10,507 nt of DNA. Source: Nitrospinota bacterium. GTDB taxonomy: Bacteria > UBA8248. The notes under the pieces are model-generated. The model made no database searches, was not told the DNA's origin, and was given only the letters and a program-made list of their open reading frames with translations. The position numbers and the translations under genes are program-made. This document shows, one piece after another, positions 1-7,988 of the stretch (within the stretch, counting starts at the first letter, position 1; every line of letters begins with the position of its first letter). The DNA lies in the NCBI GenBank assembly GCA_046581755.1, contig JAYGFR010000158.1, positions 1-10,507 on the forward strand, written 5' to 3'.

Positions 1-670
1 CTGTATCTGGCAGGTTCTCGATGACGTTCGTGCTCGAGAGGGTGCGCTCCAAAGATACCGGGAGTCCCATCCCCATAAGGGTGAGCGTCTCACTGAGTCC
101 CTCCCTGAGAGAAGCCGCAGCTCCCGGATAGTCGGCTTCAAGCTTGCGCGCGAGGCCCATCAGAAGGCGCCGTGCCCGTTCAGGATCGCGGCCATGGTAT
201 GCCTGGGAGAGCGAAGCCGAGATCTGCCCGCGCATCCCCTTGGGCAGGTGATCGAGCACATTGCCCTTCTTGTGCACCTGGCATCGTTGAACCAGCGCAC
301 GGCCACCGAACACCTCGCGTATGGCCTTGGGGAGCGCCTTGCTCCCGTCGACCACCACCAGAAGTGAGCGCTCCGCCCGCAGCCCCCGCTCCCCGAGACT
401 TGCCAGCAAGGCGAGGCAGGCGGCGGCGTTCTCCGTCGCTCCCTCGGCCACTTGCGGCCATCGGCGTCGATGCCCAGCGCCACCAGTACCACATGCTCAG
501 CGAAGTGAAGCCCATCGAGCATGAGGACCTTGAGGTCGACCCCCTCGAGCGGCTTCGAGAGAAATTCCTCAAGCTGGGCCCGGGTGGCGGCGACGAGGCG
601 CCGGCTCACCGCACTCTTGCTCTCTCCTCGCCCCTCCAGCCCCTCGGGCACGGCCTCCAAGGAGCGCCCA
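1..670 (-). pseudogene. IS256-family (Mutator-type DDE) transposase, 5'-truncated and frameshifted; runs off the left edge
   Basis: Manual minus-strand translation gives GRSLEAVPEG..SKSAVSRRLVAAT..LMLDGLHFAEHVVLVALGIDADGRK, then a frame change at ~450, then AEGATENAAAC..LVVVDGSKALPKAIREVF..VQRCQVHKKGNVLDHLP..AAASLREGLSETLT..LSSTNVIENL. The D(LDG), D(VDG), CxxH and E(TNxIE) motifs are typical of IS256. The N-terminal part is absent above ~670. Confidence 0.92.
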
Positions 671-680
671 CGGAAGAAGG

Positions 681-697
681 CTAGCTGAACACTAATG
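681..697. mobile_element. Possible orphan IS4-family terminal inverted repeat remnant
   Basis: The minus strand reads CATTAGTGTTCAGCTAG, which resembles IS4-subgroup ends as I recall them (CAATACTGTTCAGTTAAG-like). On the + strand a basic tail RPRKKAS ends at TGA 686-688 inside it. It lies next to the point where IS256 homology stops. Confidence 0.3.
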
Positions 698-795
698 GTC
701 ATCTGCGGCGGGCCGGAATTTTCTCCCAAAACCTCTTCAGCATCTCCCTGAATCGGAGGGGCAATTCGGACGTTACGAAAAGCAGCCCGCTGGCG

Positions 796-825
796 GAAGC
801 TCCCCAGAGGCCTCCCTGGAGGTTC
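796..825 (-). terminator. GC-rich hairpin immediately 3' of the cystathionine gamma-synthase stop codon
   Basis: Minus strand GGAAC-CTCCAGGG-aggc-CTCTGGGG-agc-TTCC forms an 8-bp stem with two G-U pairs plus an outer GGAA/TTCC pairing. There is no adjacent U-tract, so a terminator role is uncertain. Confidence 0.25.
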
Positions 826-826
826 C

Positions 827-2011
827 CTAAATACGCTTCAGGCCATGCTCTAAATCATCGCGCAGGGTTTCAAAATCCTCCAGGCCCGCCGAATACCGGA
901 TCAGGCCCGGCGCCACGCCCCTGGCCCGGGCGCCTTCGAGCCCCAAGTCGGCGTAGGCCATCAGCGCATGATGTTCCGCCTGGCTCTCCGTCCCTCCAAA
1001 CCCCGCCGCCAGCACCGGCACCCGGAGCGTATCCACCAGCCGGTCTGCCGCCTCGGGGCCTCCTTCGATCTCAAAGCTGAGTAACCCCCCGAACGCCTTC
1101 ATGAGGGTCCGGGCGGTCCGGTGGTCGGGATGGGAATCCAGGCCCGGATAGTGCACCCGTGTTACCTGTTTGCATCCGCTCAAAAATTCGGCCAGGCGAA
1201 GGGCGGTAGCCGATTGCCGCTCCACCCGGACGCCGAGGGTTTTCATCCCCCGGTCCAGAAGATAGGCCGTGTGGGGGCCAAGAATGTCTCCCAGAAGCGC
1301 CTGCTGCTCGATGAGGGCGTTGATCATGGGGTGGGCGCCCGAAACGGCGCCCGCCAGGAGATCGTTGTGCCCGCCGAGGAATTTCGTGGCGCTGTGAACC
1401 GCGAGGTCGGCGCCATGCTCCAGGGGCCGGAAGAGCGCGGGCGAGGCGATGGTGGAATCCACGATTAGTTTGGCCCCGCGCCCCCGGGCCCATTCGGCCA
1501 GCCGGGCCATGTCCGGAACTCGCAGGGTGGGATTCGAGGGAATCTCGGCGAAAAGCACGCGGACCGGGCCCTCTTCCACGCTGTCCAGGGCTTCGGGCGT
1601 GTTCTCGGGCGCGATGTCGAGTTTCACCCCGTAGCGCGAGAGGAGGCCCGTGGCGAAATCCTGGGTATGGCGGTAGGTCTCGCCCAGGAGGACCAGGCGC
1701 GCGCCCGACCCGAGGAGGGCCAGAAATACCGACGAGACCGCGGCCATGCCGCTCGCATAAAGAGCCGATGCCTCGGCGCCCTCGAGGCGCGAAAGGCGGG
1801 CCTCGGCGGCCGCCAGGGTGGGATTTCCGTAGCGGGTGTAGAAGAAGCCCCCGCCATCGCCCCCGTGAAAGGCCGCAAGCTTCTCGGCGGATTCGAACGT
1901 AAAGGTCGCGGTTTGAAAAATAGGCGGCGCGAGGGAGCCCTCCGAGTGGCGGCGCTCGCTCCGGCCCTCGGGCGCGGCGGTTGGTTTCTGATCCTTCGGT
2001 GAATCGTTCAT
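827..2011 (-). CDS. Cys/Met-metabolism PLP-dependent enzyme, most like plant-type cystathionine gamma-synthase
   Basis: 394 aa ORF with PPIFQTATF, YTRYGNPT, SGMAA, HSATKFLGGHND (PLP lysine), VHYPGL, FGGLLSFE and GLIRYSAGLED motifs. It starts 26 bp downstream of thrC on the same strand. Confidence 0.9.
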   Translation of the reverse strand: MNDSPKDQKPTAAPEGRSERRHSEGSLAPPIFQTATFTFESAEKLAAFHGGDGGGFFYTRYGNPTLAAAEARLSRLEGAEASALYASGMAAVSSVFLALLGSGARLVLLGETYRHTQDFATGLLSRYGVKLDIAPENTPEALDSVEEGPVRVLFAEIPSNPTLRVPDMARLAEWARGRGAKLIVDSTIASPALFRPLEHGADLAVHSATKFLGGHNDLLAGAVSGAHPMINALIEQQALLGDILGPHTAYLLDRGMKTLGVRVERQSATALRLAEFLSGCKQVTRVHYPGLDSHPDHRTARTLMKAFGGLLSFEIEGGPEAADRLVDTLRVPVLAAGFGGTESQAEHHALMAYADLGLEGARARGVAPGLIRYSAGLEDFETLRDDLEHGLKRI

Positions 2012-2037
2012 CGGTTGTCCAGATGGATAGAGGAGAA

Positions 2038-3381
2038 TTAGGTCACGGAAATCGAGTCGAGTTTTTTCTCCACCGCTTCTTGAACCGCGCCGAGATCGTC
2101 GGGAAGTTCAATGGGCGTGTTGGCGTAGCGCGACTCCAGGCCCTCAATTTTCCGCTCGTGGTAGCGAACCTTGAATTCGGTGAATTTCAGCCCGTGCGCC
2201 GTCGAGATGACGGCTACGCGGTCACTCGCGCCTATCTCGCCGCGGGCGATCAGTTTCTCCAGCACGGCCAGGGCAACCCCGGTGTGCGGGCAGCTGTACA
2301 TACCGGTCCGATCGGCGAAGGCCGCGGCGTTGGCGAGTTCATCCTCGGAGGCCTGCTCCACCACCCCGTTGAATAGCTTCAGGGTCCGGATGGCCCGGTG
2401 GATACTCACCGGATCCCCAATTTGAATCGCGCTGGCGAGCGTGGTTTTCGCTTCGAGCGGCTCGAATTCCTTAAAACCGGTGAGATAGCTCCGGTAGAGC
2501 GGGTTCGCGTTTTCGGCCTGAGCGCACACGATTCGGGGCAGGCGGTCGATCAGCCCCAGGTCCCGCATCAGCAAAAACCCTTTGCCCAAAGCGCTGATGT
2601 TCCCCAGATTGCCGCCGGGGATCACGATGACGTCGGGCAATATCCAATCGAACTGCTGGGCGAGTTCGATGCTGATCGTCTTTTGCCCTTCGAGGCGGAT
2701 CGAGTTCATGCTGTTGGCCAGGTAGACGCCCTGCTCCTCGGTCACCTTTTGAACGATCTTCATGCATCCGTCGAAATCGGTGTCGAGCGCCATCACCGTC
2801 GCGCCGTTGGCTATCGGCTGGATGAGCTGGGCGGTCGATACCATGTTGCGCGGGAGAAAAACGATGGCCGGAACGCCGGCCGCCGCGCAGTAGGCCGCGA
2901 GCGAGGCCGATGTGTCGCCGGTCGAGGCGCAGGCGATGGCCCGGATCCGCCTGCCGTCGGCGATCATCTGCTGGACGACGGAGACGAGGACGGTCATGCC
3001 CAGATCCTTGAAGGAGCCCGTATGGCTGTTTCCGCATTGTTTGAGCCAGAGCTCGTTCACCCCTAACTCCTGGCCCAGGCGGCTGGCCCAGAAGAGGTTC
3101 GTGCCCCCCTCGTAGAAGGAGACAATGTTGTCGTCCTCGACCAGGGGCATGACCCATTCCTTTTTCCCCCAGACGCCGCTCCCGTAGGGCCAGATGTTTC
3201 GCTTGTAGCGGTCGTCGAAGAGATGGCGCCATTCGGAGGCGCTCCGCTCCCTGAGCGCGTCGATATCGTGAACGACATCAAGCAGGCTGGCGCAATCGCG
3301 GCACCGGTAGATGGCATCGAACACCGAATAGGTGGCGCCGCACTCTTCGTTGATGCACTGAAACCAGCAGTTGTTTTCCAT
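2038..3381 (-). CDS. thrC: Threonine synthase (PLP-dependent, plant-like subfamily)
   Basis: Motifs [11 protein letters not shown] (PLP lysine), [45 protein letters not shown] and STAHGLKF, plus an N-terminal Cys cluster. I moved the start to ATG 3381 (447 aa) because it has an AGGA RBS and the longer ORF-track start overlaps a predicted promoter. Confidence 0.95.
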   Translation of the reverse strand: MENNCWFQCINEECGATYSVFDAIYRCRDCASLLDVVHDIDALRERSASEWRHLFDDRYKRNIWPYGSGVWGKKEWVMPLVEDDNIVSFYEGGTNLFWASRLGQELGVNELWLKQCGNSHTGSFKDLGMTVLVSVVQQMIADGRRIRAIACASTGDTSASLAAYCAAAGVPAIVFLPRNMVSTAQLIQPIANGATVMALDTDFDGCMKIVQKVTEEQGVYLANSMNSIRLEGQKTISIELAQQFDWILPDVIVIPGGNLGNISALGKGFLLMRDLGLIDRLPRIVCAQAENANPLYRSYLTGFKEFEPLEAKTTLASAIQIGDPVSIHRAIRTLKLFNGVVEQASEDELANAAAFADRTGMYSCPHTGVALAVLEKLIARGEIGASDRVAVISTAHGLKFTEFKVRYHERKIEGLESRYANTPIELPDDLGAVQEAVEKKLDSISVT

Positions 3382-3430
3382 GTCCTGCCCGGCGAAATGA
3401 AATTCAGTGTAACTATCTGAAAGAAATTGT

Positions 3431-3459
3431 ATTATGGCAGAGCCCGCCCCGCCTTGCAA
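3431..3459 (-). promoter_or_regulatory. Sigma70-type promoter for the thrC operon
   Basis: Minus strand TTGCAA (3459-3454), a 17-nt spacer ending in TGC, then CATAAT (3436-3431): a -35 box plus an extended -10, about 50 bp upstream of the ATG. Confidence 0.65.
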
Positions 3460-3546
3460 CGGAATTCAAAGGCCTGCCGCACCCGGCGGCTGCCCGGGAG
3501 CCCAAGCTCCAGGCGCTGAGAATACCTCAATTCGTGAAAAAGAGCC

Positions 3547-4842
3547 TTATGCCGGTTCGGGCGCGGCGGCGGCCAGGGGCTTGCGCGTTTCCTTCTCGTT
3601 GATGAAGAACACGATAACCGCCGCCTGGAGGCAGAGGTAGGCGGCGAGCGCGAAGGCGAGATTGTAGCTGCCCGTTACGTCGTAGATGTATCCGCTCAGC
3701 CAGGCGCTCAGCCCGGCGCCGAGCTGGTGGCTCAGCGTGATGAGCCCGAACAGGACGCCCACGTTGCGCGCGCCGAAAAAATCCCCCGTCAGCGCCGAGG
3801 TCAGGGGCACCGTGGCGATCCAGGAGAGGCCGATCATCATGGGCGTCGCCCAGACCGTGACATCGTTCTTGAAGAAAATGAACAGCAAAAACCCCAAGCC
3901 CCGAAAAAGATAGATAAGGCTAAGGGGAATCTTTCGCCCCAGGCGGTCCGAGAGCGGGCCGGCGATGAGGGTGCCCACCGTGTTGAGGCCGCCGCCCACC
4001 GCGAAGGCGGAGGCCGCAACCGCCGCCGAAAAGCCCACGTCCGTGGCAAAGGGAATCCAGTGGATGCCGATGACCGTCACCGTGAAGCCGCAGGTGAAAA
4101 AGCTGGTGAGCAGAAGAATAAAAGGCGTCTTGTGGAGGCACTGCACCCAGGGAAGGTCATAGGGAACGGGATATGATGTGGTTTGGCCCGCCCCGCCCGG
4201 TGATGGAGCGGACTCCTCCCGCTCAGCCTCACCCGGCTCGTTCCGGATCATGAAAAAGCACAGAGGGACAATGCCGCAAAGAAGCGCGATTCCGACCCAG
4301 AAAAACGTCGTCCGCCATCCCAGGGCGGCAAGGAGAAGAACGAGAACGGGCACACCGAGCAGTTGTCCGGTGCTCGAGCCGCTCGATGCGATGGAGAGGG
4401 CGAAGCCCCTCCGCTCCCGGAACCAGTTGGTGAGCAGGGGGGCGACGCCGGTGAAACTGTTGCCGATCCCCCCGGCCCCGAGAATGACTCCGTAGAAGAG
4501 ATAGATTCCCCAAAATGAGCTGATCTGGCTCATCCCGAGGATGGCGATGGCCGTCAGGGCGGTTCCGATCGTAATGATCGCCCGCGAGCCATAGCGGCGA
4601 ATCAGCAATCCCCCGATGGGCTGGGACACCCCGTAGAGGATGAGCGACAAGGCGATGGGCAGCGAAAGCGCGGCCCGGCTCATCTGGAATTCTGCCAGGA
4701 TGGGCTTGAAAAACAATCCGAAGGATTGCCGGATTGTGTTTCCGAAAAACAGCATCGCAAACGTTACCGCGAGAATGTACCAGCCGTAATAAACCCGCCC
4801 GCCGGATGATTTTTCGCCTGCCACGACGTCCCCTTGAATCAT
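3547..4842 (-). CDS. MFS transporter (OFA/MCT-like, ~12 TM)
   Basis: 431 aa hydrophobic ORF with N-terminal YYGW, motif-A-like GLLIRRYGSR and GPLSDRLGRK, WFRERRGFALSI, and C-terminal GYIYDVTGSY. An alternative GTG start lies at 4824. Confidence 0.92.
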   Translation of the reverse strand: MIQGDVVAGEKSSGGRVYYGWYILAVTFAMLFFGNTIRQSFGLFFKPILAEFQMSRAALSLPIALSLILYGVSQPIGGLLIRRYGSRAIITIGTALTAIAILGMSQISSFWGIYLFYGVILGAGGIGNSFTGVAPLLTNWFRERRGFALSIASSGSSTGQLLGVPVLVLLLAALGWRTTFFWVGIALLCGIVPLCFFMIRNEPGEAEREESAPSPGGAGQTTSYPVPYDLPWVQCLHKTPFILLLTSFFTCGFTVTVIGIHWIPFATDVGFSAAVAASAFAVGGGLNTVGTLIAGPLSDRLGRKIPLSLIYLFRGLGFLLFIFFKNDVTVWATPMMIGLSWIATVPLTSALTGDFFGARNVGVLFGLITLSHQLGAGLSAWLSGYIYDVTGSYNLAFALAAYLCLQAAVIVFFINEKETRKPLAAAAPEPA

Positions 4843-4877
4843 TTAAAAAGAAAGTGCCGGCTAAACTTCGCTCCGCT

Positions 4878-4907
4878 CTTATAACAACAAATCCTCCCGG
4901 CGCTCAA
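4878..4907 (-). promoter_or_regulatory. Probable sigma70 promoter of the MFS gene
   Basis: Minus strand TTGAGC (4907-4902), 18-nt spacer ending in TGT, then TATAAG (4883-4878). Confidence 0.45.
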
Positions 4908-4995
4908 TGACTGACCCCATTGGCGGGGAATACCTCCTGTGTGGGGGGGGCGGCGAAAACGAGGCTGCCGCCATTCCCCATCCCCGCCCGGGCGG

Positions 4996-5004
4996 TGGTA
5001 TAAT
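4996..5004 (+). promoter_or_regulatory. Extended -10 promoter element for the aminotransferase gene
   Basis: TG-G-TATAAT is a perfect extended -10 about 100 bp upstream of the start. No good -35 is present. Confidence 0.5.
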
Positions 5005-5103
5005 TTTCTCACCTAACAAATGGGGTAGCGTATTTTGAGGGAGGTCCGGTTTGGGCCGGCCCATGTCTCTCATTTCATTTTCAAAACGGAGGACGCCTTG
5101 CAG

Positions 5104-6450
5104 ATGAAAGCGCCCCGGCTCCGGGTTCCACATCCGGGCCCCGAAACGAGGGTTCAACTCGAAAGGCTCCGCGGGTCCGAGGGCCGGGCGGGGCTCTCGT
5201 TCGGGATGAGTCCGGACACGGTGGTTGTCGAGCGCGCGCTCGGGGCCTCGGTGGAGGATGTGGACGGGAATATTTTTTTGGATTTCGTGTCCGGATTCGG
5301 TTCGATCAATGCCGGCCATTGCCACCCCAGGGTCGTCGAGGCGATGCGGGAGCAGGCGGGCAAGCTCCACCAGGCGATGTCCCTGGGCTCGCGGGTCCGC
5401 CTCGATCTGGAGGAAAAGATCCTCTCCCTCGTGCCGGGGCCGGTGCCGAAGAAAATTCTTTTCGGCACCTCGGGAAGCGAGGCGGTCGAAACCGCCATCA
5501 AGCTCACCCGGCGCGCCACCGGACGACAGGAAATCGTGGGATTCACCGGTGGATTCCACGGGCGCACCCTCGGGGCGCTGCCGTTCATGGGGAGCAAGGC
5601 CCAGCGCGAGGGATTGGGAGCCCTGGTGCCGGGGGCCCGGCATGTTCCGTTTCCCTACCCTTACCGGAGTCCCTTCGGGACCGAGCCGGAAAAGTGCGCG
5701 GAGGGGACCATCGCCTACATCGAGGAGTTTTTAAAAAACCCGGTGAGCGGATGGGGGGAGGTGGCCGCCATCCTGATCGAACCCGTCCAGGGCAACGGCG
5801 GAATGATTCCGGCGCCACTGGGTTTTCTCGGGGCGCTCCGCCGCCTGTGCGACCGCTACGGGGTCCTTCTCATTCTCGATGAGGTGATGAGCGGTTTCGC
5901 CAGAACGGGAAAGATGTTCGCCTATCAGCATGAAGAGGGGGTGGAGCCCGATCTCCTGGTTTTGGGCAAGTCGCTCTCGGGCGGGCTGCCCCTTTCGGCC
6001 TGCGTGGCCAAGGCCGATATCGCTGACGCCTCGGAGCCCGGGACCGAGACGGGCACGTATGCCGGAAACGTCATGGCCTGCGCCTCGGGGCTGGCTTCGA
6101 TCGCGGTGTATGAAGAGGAGAATCTTTCGGAGCGCGCCGCGAAAATGGGAGAATATTTTCTCGGGCGCCTGGGGGAGCTGGCCGAGCGCCATCCCATCGT
6201 GGGCGAGGTGCGTGGGCGGGGGCTCATGACCGCCGCCGAGTTGGTGTCGGATCGGAAGACCCGCGAGCCGCTCTCCGTCGCCAGGGAGGCCAGCGATCTG
6301 GCGCTCAAAAAGGGGCTCTTCCTCTATCCGGGCGGCCACTACCGGAATGTTCTCGCCTTCATGCCGCCCCTTCTCATCGGTGAGGAGGAGATCGATACCG
6401 CGGTGGAAATCGTGGATGAGGTGCTCATCGAGTTGGCGGCCAGGAACTGA
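5104..6450 (+). CDS. Class-III PLP-dependent aminotransferase (GabT-like fold, substrate uncertain)
   Basis: Motifs DVDGNIFLDF, GSEAVETAIK, FHGRTLG, EPVQGNGG, LILDEVMSGFARTG, LGKSLSGG (PLP lysine), TYAGN and VGEVRGRGLM. GGAGG at 5088-5092 supports a start at ATG 5104 or TTG 5098 rather than 5035. Confidence 0.92.
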   Translation: MKAPRLRVPHPGPETRVQLERLRGSEGRAGLSFGMSPDTVVVERALGASVEDVDGNIFLDFVSGFGSINAGHCHPRVVEAMREQAGKLHQAMSLGSRVRLDLEEKILSLVPGPVPKKILFGTSGSEAVETAIKLTRRATGRQEIVGFTGGFHGRTLGALPFMGSKAQREGLGALVPGARHVPFPYPYRSPFGTEPEKCAEGTIAYIEEFLKNPVSGWGEVAAILIEPVQGNGGMIPAPLGFLGALRRLCDRYGVLLILDEVMSGFARTGKMFAYQHEEGVEPDLLVLGKSLSGGLPLSACVAKADIADASEPGTETGTYAGNVMACASGLASIAVYEEENLSERAAKMGEYFLGRLGELAERHPIVGEVRGRGLMTAAELVSDRKTREPLSVAREASDLALKKGLFLYPGGHYRNVLAFMPPLLIGEEEIDTAVEIVDEVLIELAARN

Positions 6451-6478
6451 TTCCGGGGAACTCATTCCCGGGGACTCA
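6451..6478. repeat. Imperfect 14-bp tandem duplication
   Basis: TTCCGGGGAACTCA / TTCCCGGGGACTCA (12/14 identical), directly after the aminotransferase stop codon. Confidence 0.6.
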
Positions 6479-6548
6479 TTCTAAACATGGGGGGCCGTTC
6501 GGGGCGGATTGACGGGCCGGAGGTCTTCGGTTGAGGGACGCTCATTTG

Positions 6549-6557
6549 TGCTAGAAT
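6549..6557 (+). promoter_or_regulatory. Possible extended -10 for nfeD-slipin
   Basis: TG-C-TAGAAT about 90 bp upstream of the nfeD ATG. TTGAGG at 6531-6536 gives only a 15-nt spacer. Confidence 0.4.
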
Positions 6558-6578
6558 TTCCCTGGAATACAGGTTCGC

Positions 6579-6623
6579 GTTCCAGCCGTCATAGTTCCAG
6601 CCGTCATAGTTCCAGCCGTCATA
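6579..6623. repeat. Perfect 15-bp tandem repeat x3 (GTTCCAGCCGTCATA)
   Basis: Exact copies at 6579-6593, 6594-6608 and 6609-6623 with no spacers between them. Confidence 0.97.
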
Positions 6624-6645
6624 GGAAGCCAAAAAAGGTGCGATC

Positions 6646-7983
6646 ATGGCAAACAGCCATTTGAAATATCGGATGCGGCGAAGGCTCGGCGGCGCGCTGC
6701 TGGCGGCCGCGGCAGTGATTCTTTGGTTTTCCGGGGGGCTTCCGGCCTCGGGGCAGTCCGCCGGGCCTGTCCTCGTCATCGAGGTGGAAGACGCCATCTC
6801 CCCCGGTTCGACCGCCTATGTGAATTACGGTATCGAGGAAGCCAGCCGCCGGGGAGCCCAGCTTCTGATCATCAAGCTGGATACGCCGGGAGGCCTGGTG
6901 TCGAGCACGCGCGCCATCGTCAAATCCATTTTCGCCTCCGAGATTCCTGTGGCGGTGTTCGTGGCGCCGGGAGGCGCGCGCGCCGCCTCGGCCGGGACTT
7001 TCATCACCATGTCGGCCCACATCGCGGCCATGGCGCCGGGCACGAACATCGGCGCGGCCAGCCCGGTCGGCGGGGGCGGGAGCCAGATTAAGGGGGACAT
7101 GCGGAAAAAGGCGATGAACGATGTCGCGGCGTTCGCGCGCTCGGTGGCCTCCCGGACGGGCCGGAACGCCGAATGGGCCGAGAGCGCCGTGCGCGAGGCC
7201 ATTTCGGTGGACGAGTCCGAGGCGCTCAAGCTCAAGGTCATCGATCTGGTTGCGGTGGATGTTAAGTCGCTGCTGCTGGCGCTGGACGGCCGGAAGGTCA
7301 AGCTGGCCTCGGGGCAAGAGAAGATTCTCCGTACGCGCGGAGTCACGGCGGTGGTGCTGGAGCGCACCTGGCGGGATCAGGTGCTCTCTCTCCTGAGCAA
7401 TCCGAATATCGCCTATATATTGATGATGCTGGGGATGTACGGCCTGTTCTTCGAGTTTTCCAACCCGGGGAGCATTCTGCCCGGCGTGGTCGGCGGCATC
7501 AGCCTTCTCCTGGCGATGTACGCGATGAAGGTTCTCCCGATCAATTATGTGGGTCTCCTCTTGATGGGGCTGGCGATTATTTTGTTCCTGCTCGAAATCA
7601 AGGTTGTGAGCTACGGGGGGTTGACCATCGGCGGAGTTGTGGCGATGACGCTGGGGTCGGTCATGCTGATCGACTCGCCCGAGCCCTATCTTCAAATATC
7701 GTTGACGGTGATTCTGCCGGCCGTGGCGGGGACGGCCCTGTTTTTCGTGTGGATCGTCGGCATGGGATTCAGGGCCCAGCAAACCCAGCCCGTTTCGGGC
7801 GGGGAGGGGATGATCGATCTCATCGGCGTCGTCCGGACCGCCAATCCGGAATTGGGTCAAATAAAGGTTTTTGTTCACGGGGAGTTGTGGACGGCGGATT
7901 CGGACGATCCCCTCGAGCCCGGGGAGAGGGTGCGGGTGGTATCCATGGATGGCCTCAAGCTTCGCGTTTCCAAGGAGGGGTAG
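6646..7983 (+). CDS. nfeD: Long-form NfeD membrane-bound serine protease (ClpP-class domain, TM region, C-terminal OB fold)
   Basis: Signal-peptide-like N-terminus, LDTPGG, AASAG (catalytic Ser), [16 protein letters not shown] (catalytic Lys region), a multi-TM middle (LSNPN..FEFSNPG) and a C-terminal [17 protein letters not shown]. It lies directly upstream of an SPFH gene. Confidence 0.95.
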   Translation: MANSHLKYRMRRRLGGALLAAAAVILWFSGGLPASGQSAGPVLVIEVEDAISPGSTAYVNYGIEEASRRGAQLLIIKLDTPGGLVSSTRAIVKSIFASEIPVAVFVAPGGARAASAGTFITMSAHIAAMAPGTNIGAASPVGGGGSQIKGDMRKKAMNDVAAFARSVASRTGRNAEWAESAVREAISVDESEALKLKVIDLVAVDVKSLLLALDGRKVKLASGQEKILRTRGVTAVVLERTWRDQVLSLLSNPNIAYILMMLGMYGLFFEFSNPGSILPGVVGGISLLLAMYAMKVLPINYVGLLLMGLAIILFLLEIKVVSYGGLTIGGVVAMTLGSVMLIDSPEPYLQISLTVILPAVAGTALFFVWIVGMGFRAQQTQPVSGGEGMIDLIGVVRTANPELGQIKVFVHGELWTADSDDPLEPGERVRVVSMDGLKLRVSKEG

Positions 7984-7988
7984 CAATA

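Noticed and set aside
3382..3459. N-terminal extension of ThrC, or a thr attenuator / SAM riboswitch
   Set aside because: The extension overlaps the predicted promoter. The ~45-nt leader is too short for a SAM-I or T-box element and has no Thr/Ile-rich leader peptide.
6579..6623. CRISPR array, or a coding repeat (NYDGW x3 in ORF 6462..6797 -)
   Set aside because: The units are 15 bp, contiguous and spacer-less, and no cas genes are nearby. The ORF is antisense to nfeD and its leader and has no recognisable protein features.
6619..7986. Long antisense and alternative-frame ORFs (e.g. 6619..7986 -, 4879..5643 -, 2398..3066 +, 7871..8764 +)
   Set aside because: These are shadow ORFs expected from high-GC codon usage. 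They overlap well-supported genes and show no motifs.
7749..7988. 80-aa N-terminal extension of the slipin ORF
   Set aside because: It overlaps the nfeD coding region; ATG 7989 has a strong SD and begins the typical hydrophobic N-terminus.
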